Below, one piece after another: positions 9,763 through 19,840 of a DNA stretch of 64,000 bases. The DNA is from Candidatus Poribacteria bacterium (GTDB lineage Bacteria; Poribacteria; WGA-4E; GCA-2687025). A program made the position numbers and the translations under genes. Numbering within the stretch: the first letter of the stretch is position 1; each line of letters begins with the position of its first letter. Below the pieces are notes generated by a model, which saw only the letters and a program-made list of their open reading frames with translations, ran no database searches and had not been told where the DNA came from. The stretch lies in NCBI GenBank assembly GCA_963665845.2, contig OY762492.1:576001-640000 (forward strand), in the 5' to 3' direction.

Positions 9763-9785
9763 ACCAAACCATAAAGGAGCAAACG

Positions 9786-10517
9786 ATGAGCGAATGGCTG
9801 CGAATTGCGCATCGGGGCGCGTCTGGGCATGCGCCTGAAAACACCCTTGCATCGTTTCAAAAGGCGCTGGAGATCGGCGTGGACGGCGTCGAAATGGACG
9901 CGCGAATGACGGCGGACGGGCATGCGGTCGTCGTCCATGACGCGACGCTGGACCGAACGACCGACATGACAGGGCGCGTCGACAAGTTGACGCTGTCCGA
10001 GATCAAACGCGCAAACGCGGGCGGCGGCGAACGCGTCCCGACGCTCAAGGAGGCGCTGTCGATACTGCCGAGCGGCGTTCTGGCGGTGGTGGAGATCAAG
10101 GCGGCGGAGGCGGCGGGTCCGTCGGCGCGCATACTGTCCGATTTAGGCAAAAGCGCCGAGGCGCTCGTCATCTCTTTTTTGCCGGACGCGCTCCCTCCCG
10201 TCCGCGCCGTCGATGCGGACATTCAGATAGGTTTGATTGTCGCGCAGCGGCTGGCTGAAGGCGAGGCGGAAAACGGCTTGGCGATGCTTGAAGCGGCGCG
10301 CGCCCTTGGAACCTCCGCTGTCAGCTGCCACTGGCAAACCGCAGCGCCTGAAACGGTCGAGGCGATTCATAAAGCGGGCGGAACCATCGGCGTCTGGACG
10401 CCGAACGAACCTGCCCATATCCGCCAAGCGATCCAATCGGGCGTGGACGCTGTCACCTCCGACTATCCCGACCGGTTGAACGACGCCCGCGCCGTCGATG
10501 AAGGGCAAGGAAAATGA
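9786..10517 (+). CDS. Glycerophosphodiester phosphodiesterase
   Basis: IAHRGASGHAPENTL, EMD, HDATLDRTT, WTPN and SDYPD motifs. Confidence 0.93.
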   Translation: MSEWLRIAHRGASGHAPENTLASFQKALEIGVDGVEMDARMTADGHAVVVHDATLDRTTDMTGRVDKLTLSEIKRANAGGGERVPTLKEALSILPSGVLAVVEIKAAEAAGPSARILSDLGKSAEALVISFLPDALPPVRAVDADIQIGLIVAQRLAEGEAENGLAMLEAARALGTSAVSCHWQTAAPETVEAIHKAGGTIGVWTPNEPAHIRQAIQSGVDAVTSDYPDRLNDARAVDEGQGK

Positions 10518-12562
10518 GACGGGGAATCGCTGCGGCGTTGATGGCTGTCCCGCTGCTTTTCTTTATCGGCTGCGACAATGGATTCAGGGGCAGTACCAAC
10601 TACGATAAAGGTCCGGCTTCCGTCGTCTATTCGCCGGACGGCAAAACGCTTGCCGCGGTGGGAAAATCGTTTGACGGCGACACGATCCTGCTCTTGGACG
10701 CCGAAACGGGAGATGTAAAGGCATCGCTGGAAGGACATGAAGGACATGGACGGCCTGTCCGTTCCGCGGCGTTCTCGCCGGACGGCAAAACGCTTGTCAG
10801 CGGCGGGGGATGGACAGACTACACGATTCGAGTATGGAATGTCGAAACAGGCGCGCCGATCAACACCCTAAACAATAGCAACGGCGGCTGTGTCGTAACC
10901 TTTTCGCCGGACAGCAAAACGCTCGTCATCGCCGATTCTATGGGCGAGATACAGTTCTGGGATGTCGAGACATGGACTCAAATTGCAAACCATTCGTTAA
11001 GAGGAGACGCGAACTGCTTGGCGTACTCGCCGGATGGAGAACGGCTTGCCGCCGGCGCAGCGTTAAGCCGGGATGTTCATATTTTTGACGGAAGAACCTT
11101 CGAACCTGTCCAAACTCTCCGCGGGCATCGGGATATGGTCACATCCGCCGCCTATTCGCCGGACGGGAAGATACTTGCTATCGGCGGAAACAAAGGGCAA
11201 CTAACGCTTTGGGACGCTTACACCGGCAAGCGGCTCAAAAAGTGGAACGGGCATGAAAGCGGCGTGTTGTCGCTCTCGTTTTCGCCTGACAGCAAAACGC
11301 TTGTGAGCGGCAGCGACGGCGACAGCGACAGCGGCGGCGACAAAACGATACGGCTTTGGGATGTCCAAACGCGCGAGCTGATCAAAACGATCCAGGACCC
11401 TGAAGGATCTAGATCGGTGGCGTATTCGCCGGACGGAACGACAATTGCCAGCGGCAGTTTAAACGCAGGCGTACGTTTATGGAGCGCCGAAACGGGCGAT
11501 CCGACGAAAACGCTGTACGACGATAGCTATGCTGTCCGCTTTCTGGCTTTTTCGCCTGACGGCGAGTCGGTCACTGTGGACGGCTCCGGCACAGATCCGG
11601 CGCTTCCGAATGTGATCACATTTATTCGCTTTTTAGACCCCAAAACGCTAAAAGAAACGTTCAGAATGACGGATAACACGGATTTGATCGGCGCCCGAGC
11701 TAGATCCCTCTCGGCTGCGTATTCGCCGGACGGCAGGACGCTTGCGGTCGGGGGCCGCATCGCTACGGCTCTTTGGCGGCCGGACGCGTACCACTGGGAC
11801 GCTGAAAAAAGAGAACAGGTCAAAAAAGAGTTTCTAGCGCTGGCAGAGCAGGCAAAGACAGACCCTCAAATACCCGACGAGTCTTCGAGGGAGTACATCA
11901 TCGGCGAGCTGCTAGGCTCTGTCCGCCGCAATCTGTATTATCAAGTTATGAGGCACGATTTCAGCCGCGCGCTGTGTATGGACTTTTCGCCCGACGGAAA
12001 AACGCTTGCCATCGGTCGCGGTTCTATTGGAAGTATCGGACTCATCCATGCGGATACTGGAACGGTGAAATGGAAAACGTCAGATCACGAAAAGAAAGTC
12101 CGATTTGTCGATTTTTCACCCGACGGAAAAACGCTCGTCAGCGGCAGCCTCGACCAAACAGTGCGCTTCTGGGACGCCGAAACGGGCGCCATAATACGCG
12201 ACTTAAAAGGGCATCAAGGCATGGCGTACGCCGGCGCCTACTCTCCCGATGGCAAGACGCTCGCCGTCGCCAGCTCCAAAACCTTAACCGTCTGGGACGC
12301 CGCGACCGACGCTCTGGTTCATACGCTAGAGGGACATGACGGCGCCGTATTCTGCCTCGCGTTCTCTCCAGACGGCGCCGAAATCGCCACGGGAGGGCGG
12401 GATAAGACCGTACGACGATGGAGCGCCAAGACTGGCGAACTGATCAAAACGATGGAGAAGCATGCGGCGCCCGTGACCGCGGTCGCCTATTCGCCGGACG
12501 GCGCTCATCTGTTGAGCGGCGACGCGGTAGGTAAAATATACCGATGGAGTTTGAACGAATAA
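10514..12562 (+). CDS. WD40 repeat lipoprotein (large paralogue 1)
   Basis: Lipobox LLFFIGC; many SPDG/WD repeats; central helical insert. Confidence 0.9.
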   Translation: MRRGIAAALMAVPLLFFIGCDNGFRGSTNYDKGPASVVYSPDGKTLAAVGKSFDGDTILLLDAETGDVKASLEGHEGHGRPVRSAAFSPDGKTLVSGGGWTDYTIRVWNVETGAPINTLNNSNGGCVVTFSPDSKTLVIADSMGEIQFWDVETWTQIANHSLRGDANCLAYSPDGERLAAGAALSRDVHIFDGRTFEPVQTLRGHRDMVTSAAYSPDGKILAIGGNKGQLTLWDAYTGKRLKKWNGHESGVLSLSFSPDSKTLVSGSDGDSDSGGDKTIRLWDVQTRELIKTIQDPEGSRSVAYSPDGTTIASGSLNAGVRLWSAETGDPTKTLYDDSYAVRFLAFSPDGESVTVDGSGTDPALPNVITFIRFLDPKTLKETFRMTDNTDLIGARARSLSAAYSPDGRTLAVGGRIATALWRPDAYHWDAEKREQVKKEFLALAEQAKTDPQIPDESSREYIIGELLGSVRRNLYYQVMRHDFSRALCMDFSPDGKTLAIGRGSIGSIGLIHADTGTVKWKTSDHEKKVRFVDFSPDGKTLVSGSLDQTVRFWDAETGAIIRDLKGHQGMAYAGAYSPDGKTLAVASSKTLTVWDAATDALVHTLEGHDGAVFCLAFSPDGAEIATGGRDKTVRRWSAKTGELIKTMEKHAAPVTAVAYSPDGAHLLSGDAVGKIYRWSLNE

Positions 12563-12590
12563 CTCGCATAAAGGTATCAAGAACAGAGGG

Positions 12591-13646
12591 ATGCGTATGA
12601 AGAGACGGCGTCTAGCCTCGTCTGCGCTAGCGATGGCAGCTGTGCTAGCGGCTGCTGCGTCATGCAATAAACGCAGCGAACATATTCCAGCGATCATGAA
12701 CATGCCGCAGCCGGGCAGAGCGGTTTGCATGGCGTTTTCGCCGGACGGTAGAACGCTCGCCAGCGGTGGAAACGAAGGAATCTGGATATGGGACGCCGAA
12801 ACAGGGGTGGAACTCAAAGCGCTGAAGGGGTACAACTGCAGTTCGCTTGCCTACTCGCCCGACAGCAGGACGCTTGCCGCTGTCGCAGGAACCGACGAGA
12901 ACAACCGAACGGTCATGCTGATCGATACGGCGACAGGCAAGGTCAAGCCGGTTGAAACAATCGATCCGCCCGTTCATCTTGTAGCGTATTCGCCGGACGG
13001 CAAGATGATCGCGAGCGACAGCGGAAAAAACGCGGGCGGTATGTTCACGATTCGGCTCTGGGACGCCGAAACAGGCGCTCCCCTGCGAGATATAGGAGAG
13101 ATCAATTCCATCGGCGAGAAACTGATCTTTTCGCCGGACAGCGAACGGCTCGTCAGCCTTCACCGCTTTCCAACTCCCGCGACAAACGAAACGACGGAAC
13201 GGGCGTACTATCTGATTACATGGGATGTCGAAACAGGCGGCAAGAGATTTGAGCCGCCCCCGTTTCGGTATATGGGGTGGTGGCGCGGCGACAGCGCCGT
13301 CTACTCGCCAAACGGACAGCGGTTGGCGCTCGCCGGCGGTTCCGAGATCGGTCTATTCGACGCCTATAATGCCGAACTGGTTCAAAAAATGCATCGGCAC
13401 GAATATCCCGCCGATGTGGTGACGATGGCGTATTCGCCCAACAACAGCTTCTTGGCAAGCGGGGATAACGACGGGAATATTCATCTTTGGGACGCGTACA
13501 CGGGCAAACATTTGAAAGAATTAAAGGCGTACAACGGGACGGTCAGCGAGATGGCGTTCTCGCCGGACGGGACGAAGCTTGGCTGCGTGAATCACTTCGG
13601 GCATGTCTGGGTGTGGGATTTGAAAACGATGGAGATGAAGCAGTAG
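12591..13646 (+). CDS. WD40 repeat lipoprotein (small, single propeller)
   Basis: Signal peptide ending AAASC; about 7 SPDG-type repeats; paralogous to 20980-22059. Confidence 0.88.
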   Translation: MRMKRRRLASSALAMAAVLAAAASCNKRSEHIPAIMNMPQPGRAVCMAFSPDGRTLASGGNEGIWIWDAETGVELKALKGYNCSSLAYSPDSRTLAAVAGTDENNRTVMLIDTATGKVKPVETIDPPVHLVAYSPDGKMIASDSGKNAGGMFTIRLWDAETGAPLRDIGEINSIGEKLIFSPDSERLVSLHRFPTPATNETTERAYYLITWDVETGGKRFEPPPFRYMGWWRGDSAVYSPNGQRLALAGGSEIGLFDAYNAELVQKMHRHEYPADVVTMAYSPNNSFLASGDNDGNIHLWDAYTGKHLKELKAYNGTVSEMAFSPDGTKLGCVNHFGHVWVWDLKTMEMKQ

Positions 13647-13693
13647 GGGTACATACAGGTTCATATGTGCCGGCAAAGCGAGGCGCGGATCTT

Positions 13694-13776
13694 ATGAAGA
13701 AACGGCGGATGACAGAGGCAGCGGCGGCGCGCTCCTCTGCGGTAGGCAAATATACCGATGGAGTTTGAACGAATGA
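13694..13776 (+). pseudogene. Chimeric remnant of deleted WD40 gene(s)
   Basis: The 5' part resembles the start of the 12591 gene (ATGAAGAAACGGCG); the 3' part matches the end of the 10514 gene (GCGGTAGG.AAATATACCGATGGAGTTTGAACGAAT) with a 1-nt deletion. Confidence 0.65.
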
Positions 13777-15767
13777 TACGGCGAACCGCTGCGGCGCTGA
13801 TGGCTGTCCCGCTGCTTTTCTGTATCGGCTGCGGCGACGATGAAGTCGTCTTCCACGGCAACGCTGCCATCGCCTATTCCCCGGACGGCAAAACGCTTGC
13901 GGCGGTTGCAACATATACCTCTTTTGAGGGCGACACCATCTTGCTTTTGGACGCCAAAACAGGAGATGTGAAAGCCGCGCTGGAAGGTCATGAGCCGGTC
14001 GCCCGTTCCGCGGCCTTCTCGCCGGACGGCAAAACGCTTGTCAGCGGAGGGGCGCATGGGGACGCCTCCATACGGGTATGGGACGTCGAAACAGGCGCGC
14101 CGCTCAAAACCTTGGACGCGAAACGCGGCGGGGGCGTCGGCGTTGTTGTAGCATACTCCCCCGACGGCAGAACGCTCGTCAGCGGCTCTGGGGGCGCCGT
14201 TATCTTATGGGACGCCGAGAACTGGACCGAAAGAGCGATCGTCCCAGCCTCCACGACGAACGCCTTGGCGTATTCGCCGGACGGACAGAGAATAGCCTAC
14301 AGCGCCGCTTTCAGCCAAGAAATATATCTTCTGGACGGCTTGACAGGCGAACCTGTCGGGTCTCTAAAAGGGCATCGTCAAAATGTCGCGACGGTCGCGT
14401 ATTCGCCGGACGGCAAGACGCTCGCCAGCGGCGGAGCGAAGGGGGAGCTGCTGCTTTGGGACTCCTACACCGGCAAGCGCATTAAAAAGTTAAAAAGAAG
14501 CGCCTTCGCGGTCAAATCGCTCGCCTTTTCGCCGGACAGCAAAACGCTCCTAAGCGGAGGCTACGGCGACGCCATGCGGCTGTGGGATGTCCAAACAGGC
14601 AAACTAATCAGGGAGATCCAAGACTCTGAAGGAGCATGGTCGGTCGTCTATTCGCCGGACGGAACAACGATTGCCAGCGGCAGTTTAAACGCAGGCGTAC
14701 GTTTATGGAATCCCGAAACAGGCGAGCAAGTGAACACGCTGTACAGCAATCAAAATGCAGTCCGTTTTCTGGCTTTTTCGCTGGACGGCGACATCATCGT
14801 CTACAGCGACCGACAGGGGAAGATCGAAATGCTAAACGCCAAAACATTAGCAAAAACAACGTCGCTGCAAGACCGCCCCTACGGTTCGACCGGTTCAGCG
14901 GCGCTGTCTCCAGACGGCAAGACGCTGGCCGCAGGCAGTTCCGGCATTTCCGATCTTCTGTTTTGGCCGATTGCCGCGCATCACTGGGACGATGACAAAA
15001 GAAGGGCGGGCAGAGAAGCCGCCAAAAAAGAGTTCCTGGAGCGGGCAAAAACGATTGAATTGAACGGCGGCGGATCGATGACATCGCGCATCGCCGTTTC
15101 CGACTTGGAAAACGCCGTTCAATCGAATCGATATGTTTATGGCTTTGACATCCATTTTATCGGAAATGTCAATTGCATTGCGTACTCCCCCGATGGAAAT
15201 ACGCTCGCCAGCGGCGGAGGCAGAACAGATCGCGGAACCCTCGTATTGAGCGGCGCTGAAACGCCGTCTATCAAGGCGATCATAAAAGGCCACAAGCGGG
15301 CTGTTCGATTCGTCGCCTTTTCCCCCGACGGAAAAACGCTCGCCAGCGGCGGTCTCGACCGCACCGCGCGTTTCTGGGACGCCGAAACAGGCGCCGCCAT
15401 ACGCGACTTAAAAGGGCATCAAGGCATGGCGTACGCCGGCGCTTATTCTCCAGACGGAAAGACGCTCGCTGTCGCCAGCTCCGAAACTTTAGCCGTCTGG
15501 GACGCCGCGACCGACGCCTTGATTCATACGCTGACAGGTCATGAAGGCCCCGCGTACTGCCTCGCGTTCTCTCCAGACGGCGCCGAAATCGCGACAGGCG
15601 GGCGGGATAAGACGGTGCGGCGATGGAGCGCCGAGACAGGCGAACTGATCAAAACGCTGGAGAAACATGCGGCGCCCGTAACCGCTGTCGCCTATTCGCC
15701 GGACGGCGCTTATCTGTTGAACGGCGGCGCAGACGGTAAAATACATAGATGGAGTTTGAACGAATGA
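13773..15767 (+). CDS. WD40 repeat lipoprotein (large paralogue 2)
   Basis: Lipobox LLFCIGC; WD repeats; HHWDDDKRR insert; ends WSLNE. Confidence 0.9.
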   Translation: MIRRTAAALMAVPLLFCIGCGDDEVVFHGNAAIAYSPDGKTLAAVATYTSFEGDTILLLDAKTGDVKAALEGHEPVARSAAFSPDGKTLVSGGAHGDASIRVWDVETGAPLKTLDAKRGGGVGVVVAYSPDGRTLVSGSGGAVILWDAENWTERAIVPASTTNALAYSPDGQRIAYSAAFSQEIYLLDGLTGEPVGSLKGHRQNVATVAYSPDGKTLASGGAKGELLLWDSYTGKRIKKLKRSAFAVKSLAFSPDSKTLLSGGYGDAMRLWDVQTGKLIREIQDSEGAWSVVYSPDGTTIASGSLNAGVRLWNPETGEQVNTLYSNQNAVRFLAFSLDGDIIVYSDRQGKIEMLNAKTLAKTTSLQDRPYGSTGSAALSPDGKTLAAGSSGISDLLFWPIAAHHWDDDKRRAGREAAKKEFLERAKTIELNGGGSMTSRIAVSDLENAVQSNRYVYGFDIHFIGNVNCIAYSPDGNTLASGGGRTDRGTLVLSGAETPSIKAIIKGHKRAVRFVAFSPDGKTLASGGLDRTARFWDAETGAAIRDLKGHQGMAYAGAYSPDGKTLAVASSETLAVWDAATDALIHTLTGHEGPAYCLAFSPDGAEIATGGRDKTVRRWSAETGELIKTLEKHAAPVTAVAYSPDGAYLLNGGADGKIHRWSLNE

Positions 15768-17749
15768 AACGGCGAACCTTTGCGGCGTTAATGGCTGTCC
15801 CGCTGCTTTTTTCTATCGGCTGCAGAGAGAGATCCACGGTCCGTGTCAAAGGCGACGTTTCGGTCGTCTATTCGCCGGACGGCAAAACGCTTGCGGCGGT
15901 GGGAGAATCTTTTCACGGCGACACGCTCCTGCTCCTGGAGGCCGAAACGGGAGATGTAAAAGCATCGCTGGAAGGACATGAACGGCCGATCCGTTCCGCG
16001 GCGTTCTCGCCGGACGGCAAAACGCTTGTCAGCGGCGGCGGATGGATGGACGACACGATTCGAGTATGGGATGTCGAAACAGGCGAGCCGCTCAAGATCC
16101 TGAACATTCGGATGAACAGCGACTATGCCGTTACCTTTTCGCCGGACGGCAAAACGCTTGTCAGCGGCGATCATAATGGCAAGATACGGTTCTGGGATGT
16201 CGAGACATGGTCTCAAATAGCAATCCAATCGTTAGGAAAAGACATTAGCAGCTTGGCGTATTCGCCGGACGGTGAAAGGCTTGCCGCCGGCGCAGATTTA
16301 AGCCGAGATGTTCATATTTTCGACGGAAAAACCTTCGAACCCGTCCAAACTCTCCGCGGGCATCGGGATATCATCTCATCCGCTGCCTATTCGCCGGACG
16401 GAAAGATTCTTGCCAGCGGCGGAAATGAGGGAGAGCTGCTGCTTTGGGACGCTTACACGGGCAAACGGCTCAAAAAGTTAGAACGGCATAAAAGCGCGGT
16501 GTTGTCGCTCTCGTTTTCTTCTGACAGCAATACGCTTCTAAGCCGAGACTACAGCAGCACAATGCGGCTGTGGGATGTCCAAACAGGCGAACTGATCAAA
16601 AGGATTCAAGACCCTGAAGGATCAAGATATGCCGCGTATTCGCCGGACGGAACGACGATTGCCGGCGGCAACTTAAACAAGGGAATAAGCCTGTGGGACG
16701 CCGAAACGGGCAAGCTGACGAAGACGCTGTACAGCGTTCGAGACGCCGTCCGTTTTCTGGCGTATTCGCCGGACGGCGGCATCGTCTTCGCCGGCAGCGC
16801 GCGGGGGTATGTCGGAATGTTGAACGGGAAAACATTGAAAACAGTCAAGCGGCTGCAAGACCGCCTCTATCGGTCGGCCGCCCCGGCGGCGCTGTCGCCT
16901 GACGGCAAGACGCTGGTCGCTACCGATTACGACGATCTGATATTTTGGCCGATTGCCGCGCATCACTGGGACGATGACAAAAGAAGAGCGGCTAGAAGAG
17001 CGATGAAACAAGAGTTGCTGGCGCGGGCGAAATCTATTGAATTGGACGGCGGCGGATCGTACATGTCGCGCATCGCCGCTGTCAATTTGGAGAACGCCGC
17101 ACGATCCAATCGATATGTCTACGGCTTCGACATCTATTTTCCCGGAGAGATCAATTGCATTGCGTACTCCCCCGACAGCAAAACGCTCGCTGTCGGCGGA
17201 AGCAGAACGCTCGTATTGAGCAGCGCTGAAACGCCGTCTACCAAAGCGGTCATAGAAGACCACAAGCGGGCTGTTCGATTCGTCGCCTTTTCACCCGACG
17301 GAAAAACGCTCGTCAGCGGCAGCCTAGACCGAACCGTGCGCTTCTGGGACGCCGAAACAGGCGCCGCGATACGCAACTTAAAAGGGCATACAGGCATGGC
17401 GTACGCCGGCGCTTATTCTCCAGACGGCAAAACGCTCGCCGTCGCCAGCTCCAAAACGCTCACGGTCTGGGACGCCGCGACCGACGCTCTGGTTCATACG
17501 CTAGAGGGACATGACGGCGCCGTGTTCTGCCTCGCGTTCTCTCCGGACGGCGCCGAAATCGCGACGGGCGGGCGGGACAAAACGGTACGGCGATGGAATG
17601 CCAAGACAGGCGAACAGATCAAAACGATGGAGAAGCATGCGGCGCCCGTAACCGCCGTCGCCTATTCGCCGGACGGCGCCCATTTGTTGAGCGGCGGCGT
17701 GGACGGTAAAATACGCCGATGGAGTTTGAATGAAGGAGGAAGTAAATGA
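15764..17749 (+). CDS. WD40 repeat lipoprotein (large paralogue 3)
   Basis: Lipobox LLFSIGC; ATGA overlap with the previous gene; HHWDDDKRR insert. Confidence 0.9.
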   Translation: MKRRTFAALMAVPLLFSIGCRERSTVRVKGDVSVVYSPDGKTLAAVGESFHGDTLLLLEAETGDVKASLEGHERPIRSAAFSPDGKTLVSGGGWMDDTIRVWDVETGEPLKILNIRMNSDYAVTFSPDGKTLVSGDHNGKIRFWDVETWSQIAIQSLGKDISSLAYSPDGERLAAGADLSRDVHIFDGKTFEPVQTLRGHRDIISSAAYSPDGKILASGGNEGELLLWDAYTGKRLKKLERHKSAVLSLSFSSDSNTLLSRDYSSTMRLWDVQTGELIKRIQDPEGSRYAAYSPDGTTIAGGNLNKGISLWDAETGKLTKTLYSVRDAVRFLAYSPDGGIVFAGSARGYVGMLNGKTLKTVKRLQDRLYRSAAPAALSPDGKTLVATDYDDLIFWPIAAHHWDDDKRRAARRAMKQELLARAKSIELDGGGSYMSRIAAVNLENAARSNRYVYGFDIYFPGEINCIAYSPDSKTLAVGGSRTLVLSSAETPSTKAVIEDHKRAVRFVAFSPDGKTLVSGSLDRTVRFWDAETGAAIRNLKGHTGMAYAGAYSPDGKTLAVASSKTLTVWDAATDALVHTLEGHDGAVFCLAFSPDGAEIATGGRDKTVRRWNAKTGEQIKTMEKHAAPVTAVAYSPDGAHLLSGGVDGKIRRWSLNEGGSK

Positions 17750-19818
17750 GACAGGGAATCGCTGCGGCGTTGGCGGCTGCCGCGCTGCTTTTCAGTATCG
17801 GCTGCGGCGATAGACCCGCCGACAGCCGCAGCGGCGTTTTCACCTCTCGCGGCAACCCCTTTGTCGCCTATTCGCCGGACGGCAAAACGCTTGCCGCTGT
17901 CGGATGGGACGACTACGGCAACGAGGTCTTGCTCTTCGATGCTGAAACAGGCGATGTCAAAAAAGCGCTGGAAGGGGATAACCAAGGCGTCCGTTCCGCG
18001 GCGTTCTCTCCCGACGGCAAGACGCTTGTCAGCGGCGGATGGGACAACTCCATACGGGTTTGGGATGTCCAAACAGGCGAGCTTCTGAAAACGCTGACCG
18101 CTTTAGGCGAAGACGTTGCAGTCGTCTACTCTCCCGACGGCAAGACGCTTGTCAGCGGCAGTAAGTACGGCAGAATCCAATTCTGGGACGCCGAAACATG
18201 GACGCTCATAGCAAGCGACCGTTACAACGGGACTATTGCCAGCTTGGCGTACTCGCCGAACGGGCAGCGGCTGGCTGTCGGTCTCGCCCAATCCTCCGAG
18301 GTCCATTTGAGGGACGGCTTCACATATGAGCGCGTTGAATCTCTCCGCGGGCATCGGGACAATGTCGTTTCCGTTGCCTATTCGCCGGACGGAAAGCTTC
18401 TTGCCAGCGGAGGATCCGAGGGCGAGATACTGCTTTGGGACGCCAACACCGGCAAACGCCTCAAAATATTAACAAAAGCCGAGGGATCGCCGGTGTCGGT
18501 TGTCTTTTCGCCGGACAGCAAAACGCTCCTTGGCGAAAACGAGCGTTACATGGCAAGACAGACAACAACCTCGGGATCGCGGGTGTCCGTTTCCTATTAT
18601 TCACATGACGGTAAAACCCGCCTTGGCGAAAACGAGCGCAACAATATACGGCTCTGGGATGTCCAAACAGGCGAACTGATCAAGACGATCCAAAACCCCG
18701 ACGCGAGTCGATCGGTCGTTTATTCGCCGGACGGAACGACGATTGCCAGCGGCAACTTAGCAGGCGTACATTTATGGAGCGCCGAAACGGGCGAGCGGAT
18801 AAAGACGCTGGGAGACTATAGCCATGCGGTCCGCTTTCTGGCGTATTCGCCGGACGGCGGCATCGTCTTCGCCAGCAACGCGAAGGGGCGTATCGGAATG
18901 TTAGACGCCAAACCATTAAAAATAAGAAAGCCGCTGCATCCCCTCTTCACCTGGAGCCTGAAAGGTTCGGCGGCGCTGTCTCCAGACGGCGAGACGCTGG
19001 TCGCAGGCACAATGAGTTCCGACCTTGTGTTTTGGCATGTTGCGGCGCACCACTGGGACGATGACAAAAGAAGGGCTGGCAAAGAAGCTGCTCAAAAAGA
19101 GCTTCTGGCGCGGGCGAAACATCTTGCATTGAACGCCAAATCGGACATATCGCGCCGCTTCGCTGTTACCTTGGAGGATGCCGCGAATCGATCTGTTTAC
19201 AATTTTCCCCTCGACAGAACTTTCGGGAGCGTCCATTGCATTGCGTACTCCCCCGATGGAAAAACGATTGCTGCCGGCGGAAGCAGAACGCTCGTATTGA
19301 GCGAATCTGAAACAGCGCATGTCAAAGCGATCATAAAAGGCCACAAGGGGCGGGTCCGCTTCGCCGCCTTCTCGCCCGACGGCAAAACGCTCGTCAGCGG
19401 CAGCCTCGACCAAACCGTGCGCTTCTGGGACGCCGAAACGGGCGCCGCCATACGCGACTTAAAAGGTCATGAAGGCATGGCGTACGCCGGCGCCTATTCT
19501 CCAGACGGAAAGACGCTCGCGGTCGCCAGCTCCGAAACCTTAGCCGTATGGGACGCCGCGACCGACGCCCTGCTTCATATGCTGGAGGGTCATAACGGCC
19601 CCGCATACTGCCTAGCGTTCTCTCCAGACGGCGCTGAAATCGCAACAGGCGGGCGGGATAGAACGGTGCGGCGATGGAGCGCCGAGACAGGCGAACTGAT
19701 CAAAACGATGGAGAAGCATGCGGCGCCCGTGACCGCCGTCGTCTATTCGCCGGACGGCGCTCATCTGTTGAGCGGCGGCGCGGACGGTAAAATACACCGA
19801 TGGAGTTTGAACGATTAA
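17746..19818 (+). CDS. WD40 repeat lipoprotein (large paralogue 4)
   Basis: Lipobox LLFSIGC; HHWDDDKRR insert; internal duplication (LGENER twice). Confidence 0.9.
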   Translation: MRQGIAAALAAAALLFSIGCGDRPADSRSGVFTSRGNPFVAYSPDGKTLAAVGWDDYGNEVLLFDAETGDVKKALEGDNQGVRSAAFSPDGKTLVSGGWDNSIRVWDVQTGELLKTLTALGEDVAVVYSPDGKTLVSGSKYGRIQFWDAETWTLIASDRYNGTIASLAYSPNGQRLAVGLAQSSEVHLRDGFTYERVESLRGHRDNVVSVAYSPDGKLLASGGSEGEILLWDANTGKRLKILTKAEGSPVSVVFSPDSKTLLGENERYMARQTTTSGSRVSVSYYSHDGKTRLGENERNNIRLWDVQTGELIKTIQNPDASRSVVYSPDGTTIASGNLAGVHLWSAETGERIKTLGDYSHAVRFLAYSPDGGIVFASNAKGRIGMLDAKPLKIRKPLHPLFTWSLKGSAALSPDGETLVAGTMSSDLVFWHVAAHHWDDDKRRAGKEAAQKELLARAKHLALNAKSDISRRFAVTLEDAANRSVYNFPLDRTFGSVHCIAYSPDGKTIAAGGSRTLVLSESETAHVKAIIKGHKGRVRFAAFSPDGKTLVSGSLDQTVRFWDAETGAAIRDLKGHEGMAYAGAYSPDGKTLAVASSETLAVWDAATDALLHMLEGHNGPAYCLAFSPDGAEIATGGRDRTVRRWSAETGELIKTMEKHAAPVTAVVYSPDGAHLLSGGADGKIHRWSLND

Positions 19819-19840
19819 GCGAAAGCGGAGGAGTACGCGG

